From contig CAYVTI010000004.1 in the NCBI GenBank assembly GCA_964454545.1, positions 25,105 through 89,104 on the forward strand: 64,000 nucleotides of DNA, read 5' to 3'. Below are positions 28,949 through 38,587 of this stretch, in pieces. A program made the translations under genes and the position numbers. The first letter of the stretch is position 1. Every line of letters starts with the position of its first letter. This DNA comes from an uncultured Rickettsiales bacterium (GTDB lineage Bacteria > Pseudomonadota > Alphaproteobacteria > Rickettsiales > JABCZZ01). The notes below the pieces were generated by a model. That model searched no databases and was not told the DNA's origin. It saw only the letters and a list, made by a program, of their open reading frames with translations.

Positions 28949-30703
28949 ATGTTCAATATTGCCAACACATATAGAACCGTCCCGCTGGTTAAAAGGCTGT
29001 GGCAGCAGTATATAAAAAGCCATACGCACCTGCTGGCATTCGCAGTCATATGCATGCTGACCGTGGCCGGGGCAACCGCGGCCAACGCATGGATGATGCA
29101 GCCGGTGCTGGACGACGTTTTCCTCAAAAAAGACGCCAAGATGCTCTTTTACGTCCCCATCGCAGTCTTTTCCATAGGAGCGATCAGCGCCTGCGCATCC
29201 TACGGCCAGACGGTCATCATGCGCAATGTCGGCCAGCGCATCATCGCGGACATGCAGATTGATCTGTTTTCCCACCTGATGCATGCCGATCTGGCAGTAT
29301 TCCATGATCAGGCGTCGGGAAGGCTCATTTCCCGCTTCACTAACGATATCATGATGATGCGTAACGCGGTCTCGACCGTGCTTACCGGGATCGCCAAGGA
29401 TTTCTTCAGCATGCTTTTCCTCGTGATCCTGATGTTTCACCAAAGCGCCCAGCTGGCCCTTATCGCCTTTGTGGTGTTCCCGCTTTCCGTTTTCCCGGTG
29501 ATACAGCTCGGGCGCAGGATGCGCAAGCTCTCCGATTCCGCGCAACACCAGCTTGGCAACCTTGCCGCCCAACTGGATGAGACCTTCCAGGGCGTGCGCA
29601 TGGTCAAGGCCTATGGCCGTGAGGATCATGAGATAAGGCGCGCGCGGGGAATTATTGAAAAGCTTTATAGCCTCTACTTCAAAGGATCACGCGTGCAGGC
29701 GGCAGCCTCACCTATCATGGAGCTGCTGACCGGGGCGGCGATTGCTTCCGTCATCTGGTACGGCGGCTATAACGTCATTCACGGCACAACCACGCCGGGG
29801 GCATTCTTCTCCTTCGTTGCCGCCATGATTATGGCGTATAAGCCCGCAAAAACCCTCGTCACGCTGAATAACTCCCTGCAGGAAGGCATGGCGGCAGCGG
29901 GCAGGTTGTTTGCCGTCCTTGACATGAAACCTAAAATCTTCGATCAGGCGGATGCCAAAATCCTCAAAATCAGCAAAGGAGCAATACGTTTTGAAAACGC
30001 TTCCTTCAATTACTCGCCGGACGTCAGCGTCATCAACGACATTACCTTCGACATTCCCGCCGGAAAGACAGTGGCGCTGGTCGGCGCATCCGGCAGCGGA
30101 AAATCAACCATCATCAACCTTATCCTTCGTTTCTATGACTTAAACCGTGGCATGATCACCGTAGACAATCAGGACATACGGGACGTAACGCTCGCTTCCC
30201 TGCGCAATGCCATGTCGCTTGTAAGCCAGGAAATTGTGCTGTTTGACGACACGGTGCGCGCGAATATCGCCTATGGCAGGCTGGGTGCAAGTGACGAAGA
30301 AATCAGGCAGGCCGCAAAAATGGCGGCGGCAGACGACTTTATCCGCGATCTGCCGCAAGGCTACGATACGATGATTGGCCCGCACGGAGTGAAACTTTCC
30401 GGCGGCCAGCGGCAACGGCTTGCCATCGCGCGCGCGGTGGTGAAGAATGCTCCCATCCTGCTGCTGGATGAAGCCACCTCGTCGCTGGACAATACGTCGG
30501 AACGCATTGTGCAGGGGGCGCTGGAAAAGCTCATGAAAGGACGCACGACGCTGGTAGTCGCGCACCGCCTTTCCACCATCCGTAATGCCGATATCATCTA
30601 TGTGCTGGATCGTGGAAAGATAGTGGAGTCAGGCAACCATGAGTCGCTGATCATACAAAGCGGCTCCTATTACGAGCTTTATGCCCAGACGCAGAATATT
30701 TGA
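28949..30703 (+). CDS. ABC transporter, fused permease/ATPase (MsbA-like exporter)
   Basis: 584 aa. Six-TM ABC exporter domain. Walker A is GASGSGKST, signature LSGGQRQR, Walker B ILLLDEATSSLD. Confidence 0.9.
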   Translation: MFNIANTYRTVPLVKRLWQQYIKSHTHLLAFAVICMLTVAGATAANAWMMQPVLDDVFLKKDAKMLFYVPIAVFSIGAISACASYGQTVIMRNVGQRIIADMQIDLFSHLMHADLAVFHDQASGRLISRFTNDIMMMRNAVSTVLTGIAKDFFSMLFLVILMFHQSAQLALIAFVVFPLSVFPVIQLGRRMRKLSDSAQHQLGNLAAQLDETFQGVRMVKAYGREDHEIRRARGIIEKLYSLYFKGSRVQAAASPIMELLTGAAIASVIWYGGYNVIHGTTTPGAFFSFVAAMIMAYKPAKTLVTLNNSLQEGMAAAGRLFAVLDMKPKIFDQADAKILKISKGAIRFENASFNYSPDVSVINDITFDIPAGKTVALVGASGSGKSTIINLILRFYDLNRGMITVDNQDIRDVTLASLRNAMSLVSQEIVLFDDTVRANIAYGRLGASDEEIRQAAKMAAADDFIRDLPQGYDTMIGPHGVKLSGGQRQRLAIARAVVKNAPILLLDEATSSLDNTSERIVQGALEKLMKGRTTLVVAHRLSTIRNADIIYVLDRGKIVESGNHESLIIQSGSYYELYAQTQNI

Positions 30704-30710
30704 GCGCTAA

Positions 30711-31997
30711 TTATTTCTCCGCCCTCTTCTTGTTCCAGTAATCAAGGCGTTTTATTATTTCCCGCTCAAAACCGCGTTCCACAGGCTGGTAGTAAACCTT
30801 GCGTTCCATGCCATTCGGAAAATAATTCTGGCCGGAGAAAGCGTCTTCCTCGTCATGATCATAGGTATATCCTTTGCCGTAGCCAATGTCTTTCATTAAT
30901 CTGGTGGGAGCGTTCAATATGTGCATGGGTGGCATGAGCGAACCAAGCTGCTTCGCATCCCTTCCCGCCGATTTATGCGCCACATACGCGGCGTTGGATT
31001 TTGGCGCGGTGGCAAGATAAATCACCGCCTGCGCGATGGCGAGTTCGCCTTCGGGCGAACCGAGAAAATCATAGGCGTCCTTTGCCGCAAGCGCCTGATG
31101 CACGGCCTGCGGATCAGCCATCCCGATATCCTCCACCGCAAAACGTACCAGGCGGCGGACAATGTAAAGCGGGGCTTCACCGCCATCCAGCATTCTGTGC
31201 AGCCAATAGAGCGCAGCGTCGACATCCGAACCGCGCAGGGATTTATGCAGCGCGCTTATCAGGTTGTAATGGCTTTCCTGATGCTTGTCGTAAATAGGGG
31301 CGCGTTGCTGAAGCAAGGTACCGAGGGACTCAGGGCTTAAGGGATTGGAGGGTTTAATATTATAGAGTTCATCTATGAGATTAAGGAAATACCTGCCATC
31401 GCCATCCGCCATCGCGCACAATGTGATGAACGCGTCATCCATGAGCGGCAGCTCGCATTTCATATAATCCTCGGCTTTTTTGAGAAGCTGTCTCATGGCG
31501 GCATCATCGAGGCGCTTCAGCACCAGCACGCGACAGCGCGAAAGCAACGCGGAATTAAGCTCGAAAGAGGGGTTTTCCGTGGTCGCGCCTACAAGCAAGA
31601 CTGTGCCGTTTTCAACATAAGGCAGGAATACATCCTGTTGGGCGCGGTTGAAACGGTGGATTTCATCGACAAACAGCAAGGTGCGCACACCGTCCTGCAA
31701 GCGTGTAGCCGCCTTATCAAAAAGCTTTTTGAGTTCCGTAACGCCGCTGGTCACCGCCGAGATATTTTCCATCTCATAGCCGCTCTGCTCGGCAAGCAGC
31801 CTCGCTATCGTGGTCTTGCCGCAACCGGGAGGCCCCCAGAGGATGATGGAGGAATACTGGCGTGAATTTATCATGCGCCCGATAGGGCTATCCTTACCCA
31901 ACAGATGATCCTGCCCCACTACCTCGGCAAACGCCTTTGGCCGCAAGCGGTCGGCAAGCGGCGCGGCGGAGACGGTATCACTAAAGAGGGTTTTCAT
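30711..31997 (-). CDS. rarA: Replication-associated recombination protein A (AAA+)
   Basis: 428 aa. Shows LADRLRP, GPPGCGKTT, LFVDEIHRFN, ATTENPSF, SALHKSLRGSD and AYVAHK motifs. Confidence 0.93.
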   Translation of the reverse strand: MKTLFSDTVSAAPLADRLRPKAFAEVVGQDHLLGKDSPIGRMINSRQYSSIILWGPPGCGKTTIARLLAEQSGYEMENISAVTSGVTELKKLFDKAATRLQDGVRTLLFVDEIHRFNRAQQDVFLPYVENGTVLLVGATTENPSFELNSALLSRCRVLVLKRLDDAAMRQLLKKAEDYMKCELPLMDDAFITLCAMADGDGRYFLNLIDELYNIKPSNPLSPESLGTLLQQRAPIYDKHQESHYNLISALHKSLRGSDVDAALYWLHRMLDGGEAPLYIVRRLVRFAVEDIGMADPQAVHQALAAKDAYDFLGSPEGELAIAQAVIYLATAPKSNAAYVAHKSAGRDAKQLGSLMPPMHILNAPTRLMKDIGYGKGYTYDHDEEDAFSGQNYFPNGMERKVYYQPVERGFEREIIKRLDYWNKKRAEK

Positions 31998-32018
31998 CAG
32001 CCCAACAATAAACTTAAA

Positions 32019-32621
32019 TCACTGTCCCCGCAACAGGCTGAAGAATTCCTGGCGGCTCCTGGCATCGGAGCGGAAGCGCCCGAGCATATGGCTGGTCTGC
32101 ATGACCGAACCGCGCTTATGCACCCCCCGTGAAGTCATGCACTGGTGTACCGCTTCTATTACCACCGCCACCCCTTTGGGCTGCAATATGTTGTTGAGAT
32201 CATTAGCAATCTGCGCTGTCATCTTTTCCTGTATCTGCAGGCGCTTGGCATAGACGTCCACCAGCCTCGCAAGCTTGCTGATGCCCACCACCTTGTGCGT
32301 CGGCATATAGGCGATATGCGCTTTGCCGGTAAACGGCACCATATGGTGCTCGCAGTGCGACTCGAACTCTATATCACGCAGCACCACAATCTCGTCATAG
32401 CCTTCGACTTCCTTGAAGGTGCGGCTTAATATTTCAGACGGGTCCGTTTCATAGCCCGCGAAAAACTCGCGGTATGCCTTGGCAACACGCTTGGGCGTGT
32501 CCCTTAGTCCCTCACGGTCAGGATTATCACCCGCCCAGCGGATGAGGGTACGCACTGCTTCTTCCGCTTCCTCGCGGGTTACCGATATTCTCCGGGATGG
32601 TTTTGACGGTTTGGATGTCAT
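32019..32621 (-). CDS. folE: GTP cyclohydrolase I
   Basis: 200 aa. [10 protein letters not shown], the QIQE motif (RLQIQEKMT) and HQCMTSRG are present. Confidence 0.93.
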   Translation of the reverse strand: MTSKPSKPSRRISVTREEAEEAVRTLIRWAGDNPDREGLRDTPKRVAKAYREFFAGYETDPSEILSRTFKEVEGYDEIVVLRDIEFESHCEHHMVPFTGKAHIAYMPTHKVVGISKLARLVDVYAKRLQIQEKMTAQIANDLNNILQPKGVAVVIEAVHQCMTSRGVHKRGSVMQTSHMLGRFRSDARSRQEFFSLLRGQ

Positions 32622-32694
32622 TTTTATTCTTTCTTTGTGGCGTAAAATCTCTTAATAGATTTAATAGATATGAAAGGTATTCTTACCATAAGAG

Positions 32695-33018
32695 ATGACT
32701 ATGCCAATTAAAAATATTAATTCCGATATGTTAAAGCAATGGCTGGAAAAAGACGAGGCCATAGTGGTGGATGTCCGCGAGCCTTCCGAGCACAGCACCG
32801 GCGTCATACCCGGCGCGGTGCTCATGCCGCTTGCGACTGTGTCGCTTCGCGCCATACCCAACCTGCGCGGCAGAAAGCTGGTCTTGCAGTGCCGATCCGG
32901 CGCAAGAAGCCAGACAGCGGGAGAAACGCTGCTGAAAGAAAAGCCGGACCTTGAAGTGTACAATCTTGCCGGAGGTATCCTTGAATGGGCTGCGGCGGGT
33001 AACGCGGTAAAGCAATGA
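32695..33018 (+). CDS. Rhodanese-domain protein
   Basis: 107 aa single rhodanese fold. The active-site loop is QCRSGARS. It overlaps the ddl start by 4 nt. Confidence 0.8.
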   Translation: MTMPIKNINSDMLKQWLEKDEAIVVDVREPSEHSTGVIPGAVLMPLATVSLRAIPNLRGRKLVLQCRSGARSQTAGETLLKEKPDLEVYNLAGGILEWAAAGNAVKQ

Positions 33019-33926
33019 GCAGGCACGTAGCCGTCCTTCTCGGCGGAATGTCAGCGGAGCGCGAGGTATCCTTAAGCTCCGGCAAGGCAGTCACCAGAGC
33101 GCTGGAAGACTTGGGATATAAAGTTACTATCATTGATGCAAAAAGCGATACGCTGGCCCAGCTTCTGGACGTAAAACCGGATGTCGTTTTCAATGCACTG
33201 CATGGCCGCTGGGGGGAAGACGGATGCGTGCAGGGGTTGCTGGAGCTGCTTAGAATTCCTTATACCCATTCCGGGGTACTGGCATCCGCGCTTGCAATGG
33301 ATAAACCCATGGCGAAGAAAATTTTCGCTGCAGCAGGCATGAATGTTGCGGAAAGTCTGCTTGCACATAAGAGCGACATCATTGGTAGAGATGTAATGAA
33401 ACGTCCGTATGTGATAAAACCTTACAATGAAGGCTCCAGCGTTGGCGTGAAGCTGGTTTTTGAGAAGGACAATTTCTTCTTTACCGAGCAGAACTGGGCG
33501 TATGGCGATTATGTCATGGTGGAGAAATATATCCCTGGACGGGAAATCACTGTCGCCGTACTTGATGATAAGCCGCTCGCCGTTACAGAAATAACCACCA
33601 AGGCCGGGTTTTACGACTATGAGAATAAATATACGGCCGGAGGATCGACGCATATATGTCCTGCCCCGCTGCCCAAGCATAAATATGAGGAGGTCATGGC
33701 AATGGCGCTCACCGCCCACCGCGCGCTCGGATGCCGCGGGCTGACACGCTCCGATTTCCGCTATGACGATACCAAAGGAAAGGATGGTATTTTCTTCATA
33801 CTTGAGCTAAACTCTCAGCCGGGCATGACGCCGCTTTCTCTTTCGCCGGAGATTGCAAATTATGCCGGAATAGGATTTAATGAACTGGTAGACCGCCTGA
33901 TTAAAGGTGCAAGACTGGGAAATTGA
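33015..33926 (+). CDS. ddl: D-alanine--D-alanine ligase
   Basis: 303 aa. Shows VLLGGMSAEREVSLSSG, HGRWGEDG, the ATP-grasp motif KPYNEGSSVGV, and LELNSQPGMT. Confidence 0.93.
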   Translation: MSRHVAVLLGGMSAEREVSLSSGKAVTRALEDLGYKVTIIDAKSDTLAQLLDVKPDVVFNALHGRWGEDGCVQGLLELLRIPYTHSGVLASALAMDKPMAKKIFAAAGMNVAESLLAHKSDIIGRDVMKRPYVIKPYNEGSSVGVKLVFEKDNFFFTEQNWAYGDYVMVEKYIPGREITVAVLDDKPLAVTEITTKAGFYDYENKYTAGGSTHICPAPLPKHKYEEVMAMALTAHRALGCRGLTRSDFRYDDTKGKDGIFFILELNSQPGMTPLSLSPEIANYAGIGFNELVDRLIKGARLGN

Positions 33927-34016
33927 TTAGTTGATGCAGTCAGGGAACTGCCGCAAAGCGTTAGGTTCACCGCAAAGGCCAGAAGGCCGGGGCGGGAACG
34001 ATTAAAAAAGGACAGT

Positions 34017-34892
34017 ATGCCCAAAGCGAAACGTAACCTTACGACACGCCAGAGAGAAAGCAAAAAGATCAGCCGCAAGCGCGCCGTGCGCCACTGGTGG
34101 AAGATCACCGCGCAGCGCGTGATGATTGCGCTCGTTGCGCTTTTCATCCTGTCGCTTGCCGCAGGCGGGGTGATAGTATGGCGATCTTCCGATAAGGTGA
34201 TGCAGTTTGCAAGCGTCACCGGCAACAAATTCTGGCAGCAGACGGCCAGGCTTGGGTTCAAAGTAGGAAATGTCTATCTTGAAGGGCGCAAGTATACGCC
34301 GCTTTCCGACATCATCAAGGCAATGAACATCCGCACGGGAGAGCCGATACTTGGGCTGTCGCTTAACGCCATACGCGACAATCTTCAGGCCATTCCGCGC
34401 GTGAAATACGCCGAGGTGGCGCGGGTGCTCCCCGACCAGCTACATATACGCATCGTAGAGCGCGAGCCGGTGGCCATATGGCAGAACAAGGGCAAGCTGC
34501 ATCTTATAGATGATGACGGTATAGCCATGGAATATATCGACCCGGCGCAATATAAAAACCTACTGGTGGTGGTTGGCAGCGATGCGCCCTCCCATATCCA
34601 TGAGCTGCTTGCCATGCTGGCTTTAGAACCGGAGATGAGCAAAGATGTCATCGCGGCGCTGCGTATCGGGGAGCGACGCTGGAACGTCCGCTTCAAGAAT
34701 GGCATTGAAGTGAAGCTGCCGGAGAAAAACGCGACGCAGGCATGGCAGAGCTTTGCCGGCATGCAGCGCGAGGATCATATCCTTGACCGCACCATACAGT
34801 CGGTGGACATGCGCCTCCCCGACCGAATCTTCGTGAAATATTCCACCCCATCGGAGATTACCCCGGTTAAATATACAGGGAATGCGATTTAA
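34017..34892 (+). CDS. ftsQ: Cell division protein FtsQ
   Basis: 291 aa. A basic N-terminus and one TM are followed by a POTRA-like segment (VYLEGRKYTPLSDI...LHIRIVEREPVAIWQ). The position after ddl is canonical. Confidence 0.85.
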   Translation: MPKAKRNLTTRQRESKKISRKRAVRHWWKITAQRVMIALVALFILSLAAGGVIVWRSSDKVMQFASVTGNKFWQQTARLGFKVGNVYLEGRKYTPLSDIIKAMNIRTGEPILGLSLNAIRDNLQAIPRVKYAEVARVLPDQLHIRIVEREPVAIWQNKGKLHLIDDDGIAMEYIDPAQYKNLLVVVGSDAPSHIHELLAMLALEPEMSKDVIAALRIGERRWNVRFKNGIEVKLPEKNATQAWQSFAGMQREDHILDRTIQSVDMRLPDRIFVKYSTPSEITPVKYTGNAI

Positions 34893-35815
34893 AATGAACG
34901 AGGTTTCGGTTTGCCAAAATTTCCTTTAGCTGAATTGTTTGCCTGTTGTCCGGTATTTCCCTGCATTCTTTGCAATTTTTCTTTCAACAGCATGGGTTCA
35001 GCAGTATTTCCTTGAAATCCATCTGTACGTGGGTTTTGATTTCCAAAACGCTTTTTTAAGTCCTCTAGCGTAACCGTAGGTCTAAACTCAGCTCGCTCTT
35101 TTACAGCCTGGAAGGCAGCAGCTTCCAGTGCTCCTTGCAATCCTAGTTGGTATTCAACAGGATCACTTGCTTCTAGAACAATCCTCTTCACTTCCTTCAT
35201 ATAGTATGGCTCAGGTGGTTCAGATGACGTGGTTAGAGTGCCCAATGCCGTCCTGGGAATATTATATCCCAATCTTTCCAGTTCACTATTCATTTCATTA
35301 TGGAATTTCTCATCTCTCAGCTGCAAAAAATCCCAACGAATTCCAGTTTTCTGTATGACCGCCAGCGCCTGTCCTGCAAATTCGGCAGTTTTCTCCCCTA
35401 TCCTTTTAATATCGTCACCGTCCTCTATGCGAATAGTAATACCACTGGTATCAAGACCTAAATGCTTCAATGCCATAACAACTCTTTCGCATCTTTCGGA
35501 TTGTTCTTTTATATTATCCGACTTAGATGCCCATATAAGACTGGTTAAATAGCACGCCTGCCGGAGAAAAGCCCCTTTCACTGCCTTGTCAAAAACATCT
35601 TTGGTAACAGCGGGTCCACTATCATCAAGCAATTGATAATTATGGTTTCCATCAGCACCTTTTATCGCGGGATTCTCTGCTATTTTTTCCACGATTTCCT
35701 CTACGCTAGCAGCATGGCCATGCTGCAAATGTCGCCAGTGCGCGCGAGCTTCCTTAATGAGATCATCGTTGCGCATCATTTTCCATCTTACTTTGTCGTT
35801 GCGATTAATGGTCAT
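34889..35815 (-). CDS. Hypothetical protein (orphan, AT-richer)
   Basis: 308 aa ORF with no signal peptide and no motif I recognise. The C-terminal tail is disordered and Q/N/G-rich. It converges on ftsQ with a 4 nt overlap. Confidence 0.6.
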   Translation of the reverse strand: MTINRNDKVRWKMMRNDDLIKEARAHWRHLQHGHAASVEEIVEKIAENPAIKGADGNHNYQLLDDSGPAVTKDVFDKAVKGAFLRQACYLTSLIWASKSDNIKEQSERCERVVMALKHLGLDTSGITIRIEDGDDIKRIGEKTAEFAGQALAVIQKTGIRWDFLQLRDEKFHNEMNSELERLGYNIPRTALGTLTTSSEPPEPYYMKEVKRIVLEASDPVEYQLGLQGALEAAAFQAVKERAEFRPTVTLEDLKKRFGNQNPRTDGFQGNTAEPMLLKEKLQRMQGNTGQQANNSAKGNFGKPKPRSF

Positions 35816-36003
35816 AATATTTCCCGATTTCCATTTATAGTCGTTCAGAACCGCTTGTGCTGGATTGGTTCTGACAAAAACTATATCTGTAAAATATTAA
35901 ACAAACGTTAATATTTCATAACTTTTCCTCCGTTAATCCTCCGCAGACACCCATTGCATCAAAGATTAGAATAGGTTATGCAGGTATATCCAAGGAGGGA
36001 AGC

Positions 36004-36252
36004 GTGGCTGAGTTCATTCCGACAGGCATAGGCGGGTTGCAGGCCCGTACCACCGTAAAGCGCAATGTGGTGCGCGACAAGGCTTTCGGCACGCCTTCCT
36101 ACAATCGCCAGGAATTTTATCCGCCGCCGCGCCCGCGCCTCAATTTCATTCCCTCGCAGGAGGCCATCGACGCGCTGGTCGAACGCGCCGTGGCTGCGCT
36201 TGCCAAGGGCATTTACTGGGATCGCGGGTCGATCATCAATCTCGTGTTATGA
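36004..36252 (+). CDS. Hypothetical small protein (82 aa), translationally coupled to gcdH
   Basis: GTG start preceded by a strong SD (AAGGAGGGAAGC). It overlaps the gcdH start by 4 nt. GC-rich like gcdH, with no recognisable motif. Confidence 0.45.
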   Translation: MAEFIPTGIGGLQARTTVKRNVVRDKAFGTPSYNRQEFYPPPRPRLNFIPSQEAIDALVERAVAALAKGIYWDRGSIINLVL

Positions 36253-37436
36253 AAAACAGCTTCCAGTGGCAAGACCCCCTGCTTATCGAGGACCAGTTAA
36301 GCGAGGAAGAAAAAATCGTGCAGGACACGGCGCGCAAATTTGCGCGTGAGAACCTGTTCCCCGGCATCACCCACGCCAACCGCCATGAGAAGTTTGATAT
36401 AAATATCATGCGCGAGATGGGGAAGCTCGGCTTGCTCGGTTCCACCATCCACGGCTATGGCTGCGCTGGCGTCAACCATGTCTGTTACGGGCTGATAGCA
36501 CGCGAGGTGGAATGGGTCGACAGCGGCTACCGCTCCGCCCTTTCCGTGCAGTCGAGCCTCGTCATGCACCCGATCAACCAGTTCGGCAGCGAGGAGCAGA
36601 AGCAGGCATACCTGCCGCGCCTTGCCACCGCTGAAATCATCGGCTGCTTTGGCCTTACCGAGCCGTCGCACGGATCCGATCCGGGCGGCATGGTCACCCG
36701 CGCCACACGGCATCCTGACGGCTTCCGGCTCACCGGATCGAAATCATGGATCACCAATTCCCCGATAGCCGATATTTTCGTCGTATGGGCGAAGATTTAC
36801 GGTGACAAGGAAATCAAGGACGGCACCATCGGCGGCTTCATCCTTGAGCGCGGCATGAAGGGGCTGGAGACTTCTAAAATTGAGGGCAAGATGTCCCTGC
36901 GCGCTTCGAGCACCGGCACCATACTGATGGACGAAGTGTTCGTGCCGGAGAAAAACCGCCTGGGCGTCACCGGGCTTAAGGGACCGTTCAGCTGCCTCAA
37001 CAAGGCACGCTACGGCATCAGCTGGGGAGCGCTCGGTGCAGCGGAATTCTGCTATCAGGCGGCGCGCAATTATACGCTGGAACGCACCCAGTTTGGTCGT
37101 CCGCTTGCAGCCAACCAGCTCATCCAGAAAAAGCTCGCCGACATGGCGACGGAGATCTCGCTCGGCCTGCAGGCGGCGCTCCGGCTTGGACGGCTGATAG
37201 ACGAAGGCAGGGAAGCGATAGAGATGATCTCACTCACCAAGCGTAATTCCACCGGGAAATCACTGGAAATCGCCCGCACGGCACGCGACATGCACGGCGC
37301 GAACGGCATTGCCGACGAATATCACGTCATGCGTCACGTGGTGAACCTTGAAAGCGTCAATACCTACGAAGGCACGCACGACGTGCATGCGCTGATCCTA
37401 GGCCGCGCGATTACCGGACTGCAGGCTTTCAGCTAA
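36249..37436 (+). CDS. gcdH: Glutaryl-CoA dehydrogenase (acyl-CoA dehydrogenase family)
   Basis: 395 aa. [40 protein letters not shown] and the C-terminal [22 protein letters not shown] are typical of GCDH. Confidence 0.87.
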   Translation: MKNSFQWQDPLLIEDQLSEEEKIVQDTARKFARENLFPGITHANRHEKFDINIMREMGKLGLLGSTIHGYGCAGVNHVCYGLIAREVEWVDSGYRSALSVQSSLVMHPINQFGSEEQKQAYLPRLATAEIIGCFGLTEPSHGSDPGGMVTRATRHPDGFRLTGSKSWITNSPIADIFVVWAKIYGDKEIKDGTIGGFILERGMKGLETSKIEGKMSLRASSTGTILMDEVFVPEKNRLGVTGLKGPFSCLNKARYGISWGALGAAEFCYQAARNYTLERTQFGRPLAANQLIQKKLADMATEISLGLQAALRLGRLIDEGREAIEMISLTKRNSTGKSLEIARTARDMHGANGIADEYHVMRHVVNLESVNTYEGTHDVHALILGRAITGLQAFS

Positions 37437-38294
37437 ATTATTCACCACTTCCTTCACCCGCGCTTTTGCAGCGTCTGACAGCGGCGTGAGCGGCAGGCGC
37501 ACGTCCGGCTGGCATTTACCAAGCAGCGACGCGGCATATTTCACGGGAACCGGGTTTGTTTCCACAAACATTGCCTCATGCAGGGGCACCAGCCTGTCAT
37601 GTATATTGAGCGCGCCTGCATAATCTCCCTTCAGCGTGAAGTTCTGCACTTCGGCGCACAGGCGAGGCGCGACATTCGAGGTCACCGATATGCATCCTAT
37701 CCCGCCTTGCGAATTAAAAGCGATAGCCGTCATATCTTCACCGGAAAGCTGGTTAAACTCCTTGCCAGCCAGCATGCGCAATTTACAGACACGGGCCAGA
37801 TCGCCAGTCGCATCCTTGATGCCTATAATATTAGGGATTTTGGCAAGGCGGGCTATGGTTTCGTCCTTGATGTCAATTACCGTACGTCCGGGCACATTAT
37901 AAAGCACGATGGGGATATCCACCGCTTCGGCAATCGCCTTGTAATGCTGGTATATACCTTCCTGCGTGGGCTTGTTATAATAAGGCACCACTATCAGCGC
38001 GCCATCCGCACCTGCCTTTTTGGCATGACGAGTCAGCATGATAGCCTCTTCCGTGGAATTGGAGCCCGTACCAGCAAGGACTTTCACCCTGTTTTTGGCC
38101 GCCTCGACACACAGGGAAACAAGGCGGTTATGCTCTTCATAGGACAAAGTCGGAGATTCCCCGGTCGAGCCACAGGGCACCACCCCATGCACGCCCTCGG
38201 AAATTTGCCATTCCACGAAAGACTGAAAGGCTGGTTCATCTACTTTGCCGTTCTTAAACGGCGTCAACAGCGCTGTATATATTCCACGAAACAT
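37398..38294 (-). CDS. dapA: 4-hydroxy-tetrahydrodipicolinate synthase
   Basis: The start [13 protein letters not shown] at 38294 is preferred over 38312. Shows [15 protein letters not shown] and the Schiff-base lysine context GIKDATGD. The 3' end overlaps the gcdH 3' end by 39 nt. Confidence 0.93.
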   Translation of the reverse strand: MFRGIYTALLTPFKNGKVDEPAFQSFVEWQISEGVHGVVPCGSTGESPTLSYEEHNRLVSLCVEAAKNRVKVLAGTGSNSTEEAIMLTRHAKKAGADGALIVVPYYNKPTQEGIYQHYKAIAEAVDIPIVLYNVPGRTVIDIKDETIARLAKIPNIIGIKDATGDLARVCKLRMLAGKEFNQLSGEDMTAIAFNSQGGIGCISVTSNVAPRLCAEVQNFTLKGDYAGALNIHDRLVPLHEAMFVETNPVPVKYAASLLGKCQPDVRLPLTPLSDAAKARVKEVVNNLAESLQSGNRAA

Positions 38295-38397
38295 AGGAGG
38301 CGGATTATCCACGGATTTAAAAGAAAATATAGCAAAAAATGAGAATTGCGCTTGATTTTCTTCCCGGTTTCTGATTTCTGTTCGTGTCTTCCGATTA

Positions 38398-38474
38398 GGG
38401 GGTGTAGCTCAGTTGGTTAGAGCGCAGGCCTGTCACGCCTGAGGTCGCGGGTTCGAGCCCCGTCACTCCCGCCA
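38398..38474 (+). tRNA. tRNA-Asp (anticodon GTC)
   Basis: Hand-folded 77 nt cloverleaf. Acceptor GGGGGTG/CACTCCC, D arm GCTC-AGTTGGTTA-GAGC, anticodon stem CAGGC/GCCTG with loop CTGTCAC, T arm GCGGG-TTCGAGC-CCCGT, encoded CCA. Confidence 0.95.
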
Positions 38475-38477
38475 CGG

Positions 38478-38546
38478 GGTTGCAAGTTGCATGTTGCCAG
38501 TTGCATGAAGAAATGCTTGCAACTGGTAACCTGCAACTCTGGTAAC
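38478..38546. repeat. TTGCAAG-heptamer palindromic repeat element, copy A
   Basis: GGTTGCAAG TTGCATG TTGCCAG TTGCATG aagaaatg CTTGCAA CTGGTAA CCTGCAA CTCTGGTAAC. This is four tandem TTGCNNG heptamers followed by their inverted counterparts. It forms a 20 bp stem with one mismatch and one G-U. Its architecture is shared with 45146-45230. Confidence 0.6.
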
Positions 38547-38587
38547 GAGTCCTGTATTCGTGGCCCGTTACCCGCTGCTTAAACCCT

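Noticed and set aside
28871-29629. 252 aa minus-strand ORF antisense to the ABC exporter N-terminus
   Set aside because: It overlaps the TM domain of a confidently called ABC transporter. The His/Gly/Asp-rich sequence is implausible as a protein.
37578-38342. 254 aa plus-strand ORF antisense to dapA
   Set aside because: The dapA call on the minus strand is very strong, and this ORF is an Arg/His-rich shadow frame.
38478-38546. Reading the TTGCA/TGGTAAC motifs as sigma-54 (-24 GG / -12 GC) promoters
   Set aside because: The spacing between the GG and GC dinucleotides in CTGGTAACCTGCAAC is far shorter than the fixed GG-N10-GC spacing. The motif is better explained as a heptamer repeat.
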